Both the position numbers and the translations under genes were made by a program. 64,000 nt of DNA from an uncultured Spirochaetaceae bacterium (GTDB lineage Bacteria > Spirochaetota > Spirochaetia > Sphaerochaetales > Sphaerochaetaceae), in assembly GCA_944389155.1 (NCBI GenBank), contig CALXLI010000004.1, forward strand, positions 758 through 64,757, given 5' to 3'. Every line of letters starts with the position of its first letter. The first letter of the stretch is position 1. Below, in pieces: positions 45,053 through 55,488 of the stretch. The notes under the pieces are model-generated. The model was not told where the DNA came from. It saw only the letters and a list, made by a program, of their open reading frames with translations, and did not search any database.

Positions 45053-45788
45053 GCCGTCTTGCTTCGTAAAGGAGTATTCCGGCTGCTACTGATACATTGA
45101 GAGAGTCTATGTGGCCCCTCATCGGTATTGAAATGATATAATCACAGTTCTTGCGTACAAGCTGTGACATGCCATCACCTTCTGAGCCCATCACTATGAC
45201 GCTTTTCCTGGCAAGCCTCGTCGTATATGAGGATTCACCTGCCATATCAGCACCATATACCCAGAAGCCATTTTCCTTCAGTGTTCCAAGCGCTCTGGAA
45301 AGATTCGTGACAACGGACATAGGAACGTACTGCGCAGCGCCTGATGACACCTTCACGACTGTCTCATTAGCCTGAACGGAACGGCGCTCAGGGATGATTA
45401 CAAGATCAACACCGAACTGATCTGCCGAACGGAGTATTGCACCAAGGTTATGGGGATCTGTTATCCCATCAAGCATAAGCACAAGAGCCTCATCGTCATC
45501 CCCAAGCTTGGAACAGAACTCCTCCACACTTGTCTCTATCAGCCTGGATGCGCCACGTCGAGGACCTCCCATATCAAGAAGAGCACCTCTAAGGTCAGCT
45601 CCCGGAAGCATTCTCTCCAGCTCATCCCGCGATACTTTCCTGACAGCGATCTTTCCCGTAAGCTTAGCTTCCCTTATAAGAGAACTGAACTTATCAGCCT
45701 TTGTACGCTCAATATAGAGCGTAGATCCCATTCCAGCTTTCTTTACAGCTTCCTCTATTGCATGATGCCCGTATATCTTCTCACCCAT
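45045..45788 (-). CDS. rlmB: 23S rRNA (guanosine-2'-O)-methyltransferase, SpoU/TrmH family (RlmB-like)
   Basis: N-terminal L30e-like substrate-binding domain, DGITDPHNLGAILRS, VMGSEGDGMS and SLNVSVAAGILLYE. Confidence 0.85.
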   Translation of the reverse strand: MGEKIYGHHAIEEAVKKAGMGSTLYIERTKADKFSSLIREAKLTGKIAVRKVSRDELERMLPGADLRGALLDMGGPRRGASRLIETSVEEFCSKLGDDDEALVLMLDGITDPHNLGAILRSADQFGVDLVIIPERRSVQANETVVKVSSGAAQYVPMSVVTNLSRALGTLKENGFWVYGADMAGESSYTTRLARKSVIVMGSEGDGMSQLVRKNCDYIISIPMRGHIDSLNVSVAAGILLYEARRPV

Positions 45789-46900
45789 CAGCCTCTGAAC
45801 TCCATAGGCTCTGGCTTGGTTGTTTCCTTAAGCTCAGAAGCCAGTTCTTTCATCAATCCCCTAGCCTTGAGAGAAAGGCGCTTAGGGATCTCCACGACAA
45901 CGCGCAGATACATGTCACCTGTGCCACGGCCCTGAAGTACAGGAATACCCTTGCCTTTCAGGCGAAGCATAGTGCCGGACTGGATACCAGCAGGGATCTC
46001 CACAGAAACATCATTGCCCTCGATTGTCGGAACAAGGATGGATGCGCCAAGCGTTGCCTGGGCAATCGACACCGGAACCTGAAGGTATACATCCTGCCCT
46101 TCCCTGACAAAATACTTATCCGGTCTGACAGAGATGAAGAGGACAAGATCACCTGCGGGGCCTCCATTTGTTCCTTCATCACCCTTGCCCCTGAGCGTCA
46201 GCCTAGCTCCATTATCTATACCTGCAGGAATAGTGACCATCAGCTTCTCTTTCTTTGAAACAGTCCCTGTTCCATGACAGGAAGCGCAAGGATTGTCTAT
46301 CACATAGCCCCTGCCCCCGCATGTACGGCATGTTGATGCCACCTGGAAAAATCCAGAGCCCTGCATGACACGTCCGGATCCATTGCAAGTCGGGCATGTA
46401 TGCCTTCCGCTGCCGCCCTGCCCTGAGCAGCTTTCGCACTTGACCTTATGGGAGAATGAAATCTCCTTCTTGCAGCCAAATGCAGCCTCCTTGAAATCAA
46501 TCGTAAGATCATATCTGAAAGAGGCACCCGGCTCACCCTGTGTACGTGATGAGCGAGAACGGCCACCACCGAAGAATGATGAGAATATATCCTCAAAGCC
46601 ACCTGCGCCGCCGAATATATCGGAAAAGTCACGATAGACGTTTGAGTAATTGCCAGCAGCACCGCCCTGGAAATCGTTCATTCCGCTGAAGCCGAACTGG
46701 TCATATGCCTTCCTCTTCTTTGAATCCGAGAGCACCTCATACGCCTCACTGGCTTCCTTGAATCGCTCCTCTGCGTCCTTGTCATTGGGATGGGTATCGG
46801 GATGATTAGCCAAGGCAATCTTTCTATACGCCTTCTTTATCTCTTCCTCTGTAGCGGTCTTTGAGACGCCTAGTACTTCATAATAATCTCTTTTAGCCAT
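45788..46900 (-). CDS. dnaJ: Molecular chaperone DnaJ
   Basis: J domain (DYYEVLGV...HPD), a G/F region and four CxxCxGxG zinc-finger repeats. The ATG at 46900 is preceded by GAGGGAGAGG; the track ORF extends to 46930. Confidence 0.96.
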   Translation of the reverse strand: MAKRDYYEVLGVSKTATEEEIKKAYRKIALANHPDTHPNDKDAEERFKEASEAYEVLSDSKKRKAYDQFGFSGMNDFQGGAAGNYSNVYRDFSDIFGGAGGFEDIFSSFFGGGRSRSSRTQGEPGASFRYDLTIDFKEAAFGCKKEISFSHKVKCESCSGQGGSGRHTCPTCNGSGRVMQGSGFFQVASTCRTCGGRGYVIDNPCASCHGTGTVSKKEKLMVTIPAGIDNGARLTLRGKGDEGTNGGPAGDLVLFISVRPDKYFVREGQDVYLQVPVSIAQATLGASILVPTIEGNDVSVEIPAGIQSGTMLRLKGKGIPVLQGRGTGDMYLRVVVEIPKRLSLKARGLMKELASELKETTKPEPMEFRG

Positions 46901-46966
46901 ACCTCTCCCTCTTACGGCAGAAAGCAGCATGCTGCCATGCTGCTTCCAATTCCAGATTCATGCTCT

Positions 46967-48901
46967 TTATTTGACTTCTTCAAAGTCTGCATCCATCGTG
47001 CCTGAATCATTGCTGTTGCTAGATGATCCGGAAGATGCTGAAGAGCTGTTGTCTGCAGAGCTAGCAGACTGTCCCTGCTGCTGTGCCTGCTGTGCACTTT
47101 CATAGACCTTCTGTCCAAGCTCCATTGAAGCCTGCTGTACACGCTCTGTCTTGCTCTTGATCTCTTCAGGAGTCGAAGAAGCATTTGCAAGTGCATCCTT
47201 GAGTTCCTGAACCGCACTCTCGATATTGCTTCTCTCAGACGGGCTGACCTTGTCGCCATAGTCCTTGAGAGCCTTTTCAGTTGAGTATACTACGCTCTCT
47301 GCGTTGTTCCTTGCCTCGATGCCTTCCCTTGCCTTCTTATCCTCAGCTGCATGGGCTTCAGCGTCCTTGACCATCTTATCGATTTCCTGCTCGGAAAGAC
47401 CTGAGGAAGATTCAATCCTGATCTTCTGCTCCTTTCCAGTTCCAAGATCCTTTGCCGATACATGGACTATGCCATTTGCATCGATATCGAAGGTAACCTC
47501 AATCTGCGGTACTCCACGCGGTGCTGGAGCGATTCCTTCAAGGTTGAATGTTCCAAGAGTCCTGTTCTGGGAAGCAAGCTCTCTTTCTCCCTGAAGTACA
47601 TGTATCGATACTGCAGTCTGACCATCTGCCGCTGTAGAGAAGATCTGGCTCTTGCGGGTAGGAATCGTGGTATTCCTCTCAATGAGCTTTGTGCAGACTC
47701 CTCCAAGGGTCTCGATTCCAAGCGAAAGCGGAGTTACATCAAGAAGGAGGACATCCTTGACATCTCCCTTCAGGATACCGCCCTGTATTGCAGCTCCGAC
47801 AGCAACAACCTCATCAGGGTTCACGCCCTTATGCGGCTCCTTTCCGAAAAGCTCCTTTACAAGAGCCTGAACAGCTGGGATTCTCGAAGAACCACCTACG
47901 AGTATGACCTCATCAACGCCGCTTGCTGTGATGCCAGCATCCCTGAGAGCATTCTGGCAAGGAATCTTGGATCTCTCGATGATAGGTGCAATCATCTGCT
48001 CGAACTTAGCGCGTGTGAGCTCCATCTGAAGATGAAGAGGACCGTTTGCATTAGCTGTTATGAACGGAAGATTGATTGTTGTCGTCATTGATGAAGAAAG
48101 AGTGATCTTCGCCTGCTCTGCAGCTTCCTTCAGCCTCTGCAGTGCCATTTTGTCATTGGAGAGATCTACCCCGTTCTTCTGCCTGAAATCAGCAACCATC
48201 CAATCGATGAGCACCTGGTCGATGTTATCTCCACCGAGGTGGGTATCTCCATTTGTGGACTTTACCTCAAAAACACCATCTCCAAGCTCAAGGATCGAGA
48301 TATCGAAAGTACCACCGCCGAAGTCATATACAGCAATAGTCTCTTCCTTGTCGCTCTTGTCCTTGCCGAAACCGTATGCAAGGGCAGCTGCTGTAGGCTC
48401 GTTGACGATTCTCTTCACATCGAGACCTGCAATCCTTCCTGCATCCTTTGTAGCCTGACGCTGGGCATCGTTGAAGTATGCCGGTACCGTGATGACAGCC
48501 TCAGTCACGCTCTCGCCAAGATAATCCTCTGCTGTCTTCTTCATCTTCTGAAGGACGATTGCAGAAATCTCCTGAGGGGAATACTCCTTGCCCCTTATAT
48601 CAACCTTTATCTCATCACCTGCTCCGGCAACAACCTTATAAGGCACCATCTTGAGCTCTTCATTCACCTCATGGTACTTACGCCCCATGAATCTCTTGAT
48701 TGAGTAGACAGTGTTCTCTGGATTTGTCACCATCTGGTTCTTTGCAGGCTTTCCGACAAGTCTATCTGAATCTGTGAAGCCAACAACTGATGGAGTTGTT
48801 CTATCTCCTTCGCTGTTTGCAATGACGACTGGCTCGTTGCCTTCCATGACAGCAACGCAGCTATTTGTCGTTCCCAAGTCTATACCAATGATCTTTCCCA
48901 T
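46967..48901 (-). CDS. dnaK: Molecular chaperone DnaK (Hsp70)
   Basis: [17 protein letters not shown], and a C-terminal EEVK-type tail. Confidence 0.98.
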   Translation of the reverse strand: MGKIIGIDLGTTNSCVAVMEGNEPVVIANSEGDRTTPSVVGFTDSDRLVGKPAKNQMVTNPENTVYSIKRFMGRKYHEVNEELKMVPYKVVAGAGDEIKVDIRGKEYSPQEISAIVLQKMKKTAEDYLGESVTEAVITVPAYFNDAQRQATKDAGRIAGLDVKRIVNEPTAAALAYGFGKDKSDKEETIAVYDFGGGTFDISILELGDGVFEVKSTNGDTHLGGDNIDQVLIDWMVADFRQKNGVDLSNDKMALQRLKEAAEQAKITLSSSMTTTINLPFITANANGPLHLQMELTRAKFEQMIAPIIERSKIPCQNALRDAGITASGVDEVILVGGSSRIPAVQALVKELFGKEPHKGVNPDEVVAVGAAIQGGILKGDVKDVLLLDVTPLSLGIETLGGVCTKLIERNTTIPTRKSQIFSTAADGQTAVSIHVLQGERELASQNRTLGTFNLEGIAPAPRGVPQIEVTFDIDANGIVHVSAKDLGTGKEQKIRIESSSGLSEQEIDKMVKDAEAHAAEDKKAREGIEARNNAESVVYSTEKALKDYGDKVSPSERSNIESAVQELKDALANASSTPEEIKSKTERVQQASMELGQKVYESAQQAQQQGQSASSADNSSSASSGSSSNSNDSGTMDADFEEVK

Positions 48902-48990
48902 TTTATTTTCTCTCCATGTATCGCTTTAATTCTTTTATGAGGAAGTTCTGGCTTCCATCAACGGTAAGATAATAATGGCAGTTGCAATCG

Positions 48991-49590
48991 TCAATTCCTT
49001 TTAGGCTTGCCAACTACAACCTTTGCGCTTCTTATGACCTTGCCGTGGAGCTTATAGCCTTTCATGAATACCTGAAGCACCTTCTCCTTATCAAGGCCTT
49101 CCTCTTCCTTCATCATGCAGGCCTCCATCTCAGATGGATTGAAGTCCTCTCCTTCAGGAGAAAACTGCTCAAGCCCCCAGTTAGTGCTCAATACGCCCTT
49201 GAGCTGGCTCTCAACCATCTCCACGCCCTGCTTTATCGTTTCGATATCCTGAGACTTTTCTGCAGCTTCTATAGCCCTGGAGAAGTTATCAAGCGGATCG
49301 AGAAGATCTCTGATAAGAGCCTCGTTTGCATATTTGACGGCATTCTCCTTCTCCTGGCGCAGCCTCTTCTTATAGTTCTCAGTCTCAGCTGCATCACGAA
49401 GGATCCTATCGTTAAGCTCCGAAACCTTCTCCTCAAGATCCCTTACCTTTGCCTTGAGAGCTTCTGTCTCATCGAGCGCGTCTTTTTCTTCAGTCTCTTC
49501 GTTCTTCTCTTCTACTGCAGGAGTCTCCTCGACTTCCTTCTTCTCTTCTTCTGTCATAGTTCCTCGTCTCTTGTTCTTCTTACGCGACAT
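48991..49590 (-). CDS. grpE: Nucleotide exchange factor GrpE
   Basis: Acidic coiled-coil N-part, then a GrpE core ending GYKLHGKVIRSAKVVV. The ATG at 49590 has AGAGG 6 nt upstream. The track start at 49611 would lie inside the predicted promoter/leader. Confidence 0.92.
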   Translation of the reverse strand: MSRKKNKRRGTMTEEEKKEVEETPAVEEKNEETEEKDALDETEALKAKVRDLEEKVSELNDRILRDAAETENYKKRLRQEKENAVKYANEALIRDLLDPLDNFSRAIEAAEKSQDIETIKQGVEMVESQLKGVLSTNWGLEQFSPEGEDFNPSEMEACMMKEEEGLDKEKVLQVFMKGYKLHGKVIRSAKVVVGKPKRN

Positions 49591-49597
49591 AAAAAAC

Positions 49598-49630
49598 CTC
49601 TGCGTACACATGAAATGTAATAACGCAGAG
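49598..49630. promoter_or_regulatory. Inverted repeat CTCTGCGT-N17-ACGCAGAG spanning the -10 region of the grpE promoter
   Basis: Perfect 8-bp arms, with an inner mini-palindrome ACAT-GAA-ATGT. The distal arm lies between the -35 and -10 boxes. The proximal arm covers the grpE SD-like AGAGG. Confidence 0.5.
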
Positions 49631-49642
49631 AAGTATAGTCAA
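49614..49642 (-). promoter_or_regulatory. Sigma-70-type promoter of grpE-dnaK-dnaJ
   Basis: On the minus strand: TTGACT (49642-49637), a 17-nt spacer, then TACATT (49619-49614). Confidence 0.5.
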
Positions 49643-49659
49643 ATCAGCAGGACTGCAGA

Positions 49660-51522
49660 TCAAGTCTCATCATCGTCGGACAGGTCAACGTCCTCAACGC
49701 GGCCTGTGAATATGTCATCAGGAAATTCCTCTATCATATCCTCAGGCTTCTTAGGACTCTCTGGCTGGGATGCATTGGCTTTCTGGAGATTGCTTATCTG
49801 AAGCTTCAGACGGACAAGCGCAGCCTCCTCATTGATCCTCTGGGCTTTTGCAGACTGCATATCGCTCTGCATCTTGTCAAGCTCCTTCGTCCTCTCCGCA
49901 AGATCGCTGTCGAGCTTGCCTCTTTCCTGCTGTGCTGTGAAAAGCTCCTCACGGGTGCGTGTGATCTGCTCGGAAAGCGCTGTAAGCTGGTCCTCCGACA
50001 GCTTGATCTTTCCCTCCAGCTCATTGAGGCGGTCAACTGCATCTGCAATCTTATCCTTCTCACCCTCTGAAAGAAGCGCTATTGTCTCCCTTGTCTCCTG
50101 CACCCTGTCAGCAAGATTCTTTATGAAGGCATTTCCATCTTCCTTCATCCTCTTATAGCTGTCTCCTATCTCGCTGAGCATTGAATCAAAGCTGCGCTGC
50201 AGGGCATCACAGGATGAGGATATGAATACATTGCGCTCACTATCGAGTGCAGATCTTGCATTCTCTGCATTCTGAAGGGCTTCCTCGATGGTCCTTCTGG
50301 TGTTCTCCTCTGCGTCCTCTCCGATACGTCTGAGTTCATCTGACGCGGCACGTATTGTCTCAGCTTCACCCTGCAGGCGTGACATGAGGGCTTCCATCTC
50401 GCCTGTGATGATATCTTTCCTATCGCCAAGCGCTGTCGCAAATGATGCACTTACAGTATCAGAAAGAGATGAGAACTCATCGCTCTTTTCCTTTATCATG
50501 CTCTCTATGCCTGCAGTGACCTCTGCCATTGCATCAGAAAGCAATGAGCGCCTCTTCTCAACATCCTCATCCTCCCTTCTGCCGAACTCATCAAGCTTTG
50601 CCCTGACATCCTCGATGGCTTTATCAATAGAAGCCTTTGCCTCTTCGCTGCGGGTATCAACGGCGTTGTTGAAGGATGAGATCGAATTCTCTGCGCTGCT
50701 TTTGAGTGCCGCTGCCTTCTCTTCAAGCACTGATAGCGTTCCATCTAGTTCATTCCTGTATGAATCAAGGGAAGTCCTGCCTTCCTCAAGGCTCTTCAGG
50801 ATATCATCACGTCTGTTTTCCGTATCGATGATAGCGTCATCAGCTTTCTTTCTCTCATCTGCAGCAAAGGCCTCAAATTCAGTGCGGAGAGATGATACAT
50901 ATTCCCCGAAATCACTGCGGAAACGTCCAAGGGATGCACCGAATTCCTGAAGCATGTCCTGATTCTCATTGCGCTGGACCTCCGCTGCGCTTTTGAGACC
51001 TTCCTCGGTTGAAGCCACAAGACGGACATAATCACTCTTAAGATCCTGCATCTGCCCTGTAAGGCGCTCTGCATCGGCCTGGAAGTTCTCCACGAACTCA
51101 TTTACGCTCTCAGCCTTCCTTACCTCTTCCTGAACAGCCTGTATCCTTGCTTCCGCCTGCTCTGTGGAAATCCTCAGCTTTTCAAGCGCTGTCTTATAGT
51201 TGACGCATACCATCTCAAGGGCGGCAAGGTCCTTATGATGCTGCGAAAGCGAATCGAGGGAATCTGCTATCTGCTTTATCATAGTCTCAGCTTCTCCGAC
51301 CTTTGCCTCGACTGCCTGCTGACATTCACGGCCCGCTGTGCTGATACGCTCTATCGTGGAAGAAGATTCGTTCCTGAACGCCTTGATCTGCATATTGATA
51401 TTCTTCAATGTGCGTTCATTGCGGCTTTTCCTCTTTGCTATTCCCAGAACAAGAAGGTTGAGGAAAAAAGAGATCAGGACAACCAAAACAGCGAAAATAA
51501 TGTAATCCTTCGTCAACAGCAT
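49660..51522 (-). CDS. Membrane-anchored long coiled-coil protein (function unknown; EzrA-like topology)
   Basis: A single N-terminal TM helix (IIFAVLVVLISFFLNLLVLGIA), then about 560 aa of Glu/Ala/Leu/Ser/Arg-rich heptad-like sequence, then an acidic tail DVDLSDDDET. Confidence 0.6.
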   Translation of the reverse strand: MLLTKDYIIFAVLVVLISFFLNLLVLGIAKRKSRNERTLKNINMQIKAFRNESSSTIERISTAGRECQQAVEAKVGEAETMIKQIADSLDSLSQHHKDLAALEMVCVNYKTALEKLRISTEQAEARIQAVQEEVRKAESVNEFVENFQADAERLTGQMQDLKSDYVRLVASTEEGLKSAAEVQRNENQDMLQEFGASLGRFRSDFGEYVSSLRTEFEAFAADERKKADDAIIDTENRRDDILKSLEEGRTSLDSYRNELDGTLSVLEEKAAALKSSAENSISSFNNAVDTRSEEAKASIDKAIEDVRAKLDEFGRREDEDVEKRRSLLSDAMAEVTAGIESMIKEKSDEFSSLSDTVSASFATALGDRKDIITGEMEALMSRLQGEAETIRAASDELRRIGEDAEENTRRTIEEALQNAENARSALDSERNVFISSSCDALQRSFDSMLSEIGDSYKRMKEDGNAFIKNLADRVQETRETIALLSEGEKDKIADAVDRLNELEGKIKLSEDQLTALSEQITRTREELFTAQQERGKLDSDLAERTKELDKMQSDMQSAKAQRINEEAALVRLKLQISNLQKANASQPESPKKPEDMIEEFPDDIFTGRVEDVDLSDDDET

Positions 51523-51534
51523 ATCAAAACACCC

Positions 51535-52221
51535 CTATAGTACTTTCTCTCTGAATTCATCCCATGAAGAGAAGACTAGATCAGCTTTACTATACACTTT
51601 CCTGCGAGAGGGGAAAATAAGAGCGGCATGCATTCCCACACCTTTTGCACCTGTAATATCCTTGCTCTCGCTGTCACCGACATACAGGACCTCGTCAGCA
51701 GGTAATGAAATCGCATCGAGCATAGCCAGAAATGGAGTTGCTGATGGCTTTAAAGCGCCATAGTCCTCAGATGAGGCGATAAATGAGAAATATCCTTCAA
51801 CGCCAAGGGCCTTGAGCTTCACACCTATGGGAAAGTCTGAAAGCGCACATAGCTTATAGCTTCCAGAAGCCTCCTCCAGGGCTCTCTGCATGCCGGGATA
51901 GCCTTTTATTGATCTGAAGACATGCTCCCAGGGCTTTCTGAAGACACGCTCTTCCTTGGCTGCAAACCACCCTGTCCTGTTCCTGCCTGGATACATTATA
52001 TCAGCTTCACGCTTCTGGAATTCAGCAAGCGATACCGCTTCCCTGGCCTCAAGGCCATCTTCCTTCCTTATTTCACGTCTCATTGCGTTATACCGTATGG
52101 CAAACGGAAGATGAAGGATAGATGTCAGCGCAAGACGGATGTTCAGGGCATATTTCGGATACAGGGTTCCATCTATGTCAAAAGCGATCGCCTTGATGTG
52201 CCAATCCTCAGCAAGTCCCAT
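51535..52221 (-). CDS. HAD-superfamily hydrolase
   Basis: Motif I AFDIDGTLY, plus later S/T, K and GDSESKD motifs. Confidence 0.8.
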   Translation of the reverse strand: MGLAEDWHIKAIAFDIDGTLYPKYALNIRLALTSILHLPFAIRYNAMRREIRKEDGLEAREAVSLAEFQKREADIMYPGRNRTGWFAAKEERVFRKPWEHVFRSIKGYPGMQRALEEASGSYKLCALSDFPIGVKLKALGVEGYFSFIASSEDYGALKPSATPFLAMLDAISLPADEVLYVGDSESKDITGAKGVGMHAALIFPSRRKVYSKADLVFSSWDEFREKVL

Positions 52222-52222
52222 A

Positions 52223-53761
52223 TCATTTCCTCTTCTGCTTCTGGTTGCGGACGATCTTCTCTGCGTTCTCCCTTGCCTTGCCTTTCCTGGCCTTGCCCCC
52301 CGGCTTTCTTGCAGTTCCGCCTTTCTTCGGCTTTCCTTCGCTGCTTTTCATGACACGCTGCACAGCGCTCTCGTTCTTTGAAGGCCCCTTATCATGAAGG
52401 CTTGGATTGCGCCGTCTTTCACGCAGCGATATCTCAACAGGGACATTCGCGAAACCGAAATCACGGCGGATCATATTCTTGAGATAAGAAACATATGTTT
52501 CAGGGAATCCGTGTATTCGATTCACGAAGAAAAGGAAACGGACAGGTGTTGCAGAAACCTGTGTCCCGTATAGCACCTTATAATGCCCCTGCGGACCACG
52601 TGGGGGCTCGTTGTCATGAGTCCAGCTTTGAAGCGCTGTATTGAGAGCAGATGTATCAATACGCTTGTTAAGCTGCCTCCATACGCTCCAGACCATATCG
52701 AGCATCTTTCCGATATCAACACCATCGAGGGCTGAGATAGGCATCAGAGGTGCAAACGAAAGTATCGGGAAGAGAAAGCGCACCCTGTCCTTTATAGCTT
52801 CAATCTCATTAGGCGTTCCCTTCAGGAGATCCATCTTGTTAAGGACCAGAAGCACGCCCTTACCTCTCCGGACGATAAGATTCGCGATCTTCTTGTCCTG
52901 ATCGGAGATTCCCTCTGTAATGTCAATCATAAGAAGGACGACATCTGCATCATCTATGGTCTTGATTGCTCTGTTCACAGAGTAATACTCAACATCATCG
53001 TCAACCTTGCTCTTCCGTCTGATTCCAGCTGTATCGAGAACTGTATACTCAGTACCCTTATAGATGAACGTTCCACGCATCACATCACGTGTAGTGCCTG
53101 CTATAGGGCTTACGATTGAGATATCACGGCCTGTAAGGAGGTTCATAAGCGTGCTCTTGCCGGTATTCGGCTTGCCAAGTATTGCCAGCTTTATGGTCTC
53201 AGGCTCTTCAGGCTCTTCCTCTGTACGCTCAAGATCAAGCATGCCAAGAAGCGTATCCTCAAGATCCTCTATTCCAAGTCCATGCGCTGCTGATATCCCA
53301 ACAACCCTCTGATAGCCATACGAGAAGAAGTTCCAGACAAGATCCGAGCGCTTTACGTCATCTATCTTGTTCACGCAGAGCACAACCTTCTCTGTATACG
53401 GCCTCAGCTCTTCAAGAAGAACCTGATCCTCCCTTGTTACTTCCATGCAGTCCATCAGGAAGATGATTGCATCGCTTATTGAAAGAAGGGAAAGGGATTT
53501 GTCGCTAACGGCATAATCAAGGCCATCCTTATCAAGCTTGACTCCGCCTGAATCAACAAGAGTGACTGGATTGTTTCCCAAAAGCCACCTTTCAGGAATC
53601 GGGTCACGTGTAACTCCTGGGGTTGGATCTGTAATCGCACGCCTTTTGCCGATCAGCCTATTGAACAGCGTTGATTTGCCTACGTTCGGTCTTCCTATTA
53701 TCGAGATGAGAGGAAGCCTTGTATCTATATCTGCCTTATTCCTGATATCAAGCTTTTCCAC
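52223..53761 (-). CDS. der: Ribosome-associated GTPase Der (EngA) with a polybasic C-terminal tail
   Basis: Two tandem G domains (GRPNVGKST / DSGG and GKPNTGKST / DTAG), a KH-like domain, then about 70 aa rich in Lys/Arg. Confidence 0.93.
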   Translation of the reverse strand: MEKLDIRNKADIDTRLPLISIIGRPNVGKSTLFNRLIGKRRAITDPTPGVTRDPIPERWLLGNNPVTLVDSGGVKLDKDGLDYAVSDKSLSLLSISDAIIFLMDCMEVTREDQVLLEELRPYTEKVVLCVNKIDDVKRSDLVWNFFSYGYQRVVGISAAHGLGIEDLEDTLLGMLDLERTEEEPEEPETIKLAILGKPNTGKSTLMNLLTGRDISIVSPIAGTTRDVMRGTFIYKGTEYTVLDTAGIRRKSKVDDDVEYYSVNRAIKTIDDADVVLLMIDITEGISDQDKKIANLIVRRGKGVLLVLNKMDLLKGTPNEIEAIKDRVRFLFPILSFAPLMPISALDGVDIGKMLDMVWSVWRQLNKRIDTSALNTALQSWTHDNEPPRGPQGHYKVLYGTQVSATPVRFLFFVNRIHGFPETYVSYLKNMIRRDFGFANVPVEISLRERRRNPSLHDKGPSKNESAVQRVMKSSEGKPKKGGTARKPGGKARKGKARENAEKIVRNQKQKRK

Positions 53762-55448
53762 AATTGAATTCCTTAAGAGCCTTCTCTATTTCCTTGGCAT
53801 CTGAAAGAGAGAGTACATGATTTACAAAGGAGGCACAACTGGAACGGCTGAGCTTTCTTATGCGGCGTCTTGCCTCAGCTATCGAAGATGGTGCCATTGA
53901 AAGCTCATCAAGCCCAAGTCCTATAAGTATTGGAAGATAATCAGCATAGCCCGCCATCTCACCGCACATCGATACGGGAATACCGTTTTCATGGGCACTG
54001 TCAACGATATGCTTGAGAAGCCTAAGGACAGCCGGATGAAGTGGTCTGTACAGGTATGATATCTTCTCATTGCTTCTATCCACGGCAATAGTGTACTGGA
54101 TCAGGTCGTTCGTGCCGATTGACATGAAATCAACGTACCTGGCAATCACATCTGCGGTTATCGCAGCAGATGGGACTTCTATCATCGTACCGATCTTTAT
54201 ATCATCAGCGAACTCAATACCTTTTTCCCTGCACTCATCCTTAACGCTGTCAAGGAATGCTATGACAGACTGCAGTTCCTCAGATCCTGATATCATCGGG
54301 AACATCAGGCGTACATCGCTATAGCCAGCAGATGCCTTGAGTATGGAGATAAGCTGATCGCGGAACAGATCCTTCTCCTCCAGACAGAGCCTGACAGCTC
54401 TCCATCCGAGTATTGGATTCTCCTCCTTGATCTTCATCTCATTCGGGATCTTATCCCCACCTATATCATAAGTACGGAATGTAACCGGGCCATAAGGGGA
54501 CATACGCTCAACAGTCTCTCTATAGATTGCAGATCGCTTTTCATTATCCGCATAATCCGGAAGCATCATCAGGAATTCTGTCCTGAAAAGCCCTATTCCA
54601 TCTGCACCGGCCTTTATAAGCGATTCGATGCCATCAAGCCCTTCTATATTCCCCATAAGCTTCACTGCAAAGCCATCTGCAGTAACAGCTCCTTCGATGT
54701 CCTCCCCGAGCGCAGCTTCTTTCCTGATTTCCTTGTCTAGCTTCTTCCTATATAGCGACCTTGTCTTTCTATCCGGATTGATGACCACATTGCCTGTCTT
54801 TCCATCCATAGCAATCGTATCTTCATCACTGACCTCAAAAGAAAGAGAGGAAAGGGCAAATACCGATGGGATATTCATGGATCTGGCAAGGATAGCTATA
54901 TGGCTTGTGATTCCGCCTTTATCAAGGCACAGTCCTTTTACATTGGAAAGATCCATTGAGATCATCTCAGATGGCTGAAGATAGTCAGCCACAAGGATTG
55001 CAGGATAAGGAACATTGATCTCAAGACGGGAACTTGAAAGTATTTCGGATATCAGGCGGCCGGAGATATCCCTCAGATCGGCAATACGCTCTTTGAAGAA
55101 GTCATCATCCACACGTTCAAGGAGCGATACGTATTTATCTGTAGCCGCCTCAACAGCCCATGCCGCATTATGCTTCCTCTCCTTGATATTCCCCCTGATA
55201 AGGGAAAGATAATCAGGATCCTCAAGCATTGCCTTGTAAACTGCAAGGATAGCCTCTCCTTCGTCCCCATCTGCTTCTATCGCGTCAATCTCAGCATGGG
55301 TTCTCCTGTAGGCGCTCTCAAATTCCTGGAGCGCGGCATCTGCATCATCTACGGTATCGTATGAAACATAGACTTCACTATGGCGAAAGACATATGCCTT
55401 CTCCACTACTATTCCTGATGATATACCAATGCCACATCGCTCTAACAT
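53748..55448 (-). CDS. ptsI: Phosphoenolpyruvate-protein phosphotransferase (PTS Enzyme I)
   Basis: Phospho-His loop GGITSHIAILARS and the C-terminal PEP-utilising TIM-barrel blocks (GLFRTEF, IGTNDL, CGEMAG). Confidence 0.9.
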   Translation of the reverse strand: MLERCGIGISSGIVVEKAYVFRHSEVYVSYDTVDDADAALQEFESAYRRTHAEIDAIEADGDEGEAILAVYKAMLEDPDYLSLIRGNIKERKHNAAWAVEAATDKYVSLLERVDDDFFKERIADLRDISGRLISEILSSSRLEINVPYPAILVADYLQPSEMISMDLSNVKGLCLDKGGITSHIAILARSMNIPSVFALSSLSFEVSDEDTIAMDGKTGNVVINPDRKTRSLYRKKLDKEIRKEAALGEDIEGAVTADGFAVKLMGNIEGLDGIESLIKAGADGIGLFRTEFLMMLPDYADNEKRSAIYRETVERMSPYGPVTFRTYDIGGDKIPNEMKIKEENPILGWRAVRLCLEEKDLFRDQLISILKASAGYSDVRLMFPMISGSEELQSVIAFLDSVKDECREKGIEFADDIKIGTMIEVPSAAITADVIARYVDFMSIGTNDLIQYTIAVDRSNEKISYLYRPLHPAVLRLLKHIVDSAHENGIPVSMCGEMAGYADYLPILIGLGLDELSMAPSSIAEARRRIRKLSRSSCASFVNHVLSLSDAKEIEKALKEFNCGKA

Positions 55449-55488
55449 AACAGAATCTTAACGCGAAGAGGGAAAACGTTGAAGGGGC

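Noticed and set aside
48941-48956. Small hairpin GGAAG-TTCTGG-CTTCC between grpE and dnaK.
   Set aside because: It has only a 5-bp stem and no U-run, so it is too weak to call a terminator or attenuator.
49591-49659. A search for CIRCE (TTAGCACTC-N9-GAGTGCTAA) or HAIR elements upstream of grpE, dnaK (48902-48990) and hsp20.
   Set aside because: None was found. Only the unrelated inverted repeat reported in the findings is present.
50288-50950. A 220-aa Ser-rich plus-strand ORF inside the coiled-coil gene.
   Set aside because: It is the antisense reading of Glu/Ala/Leu-rich codons. The composition is an artefact of the opposite-strand coiled-coil coding sequence.
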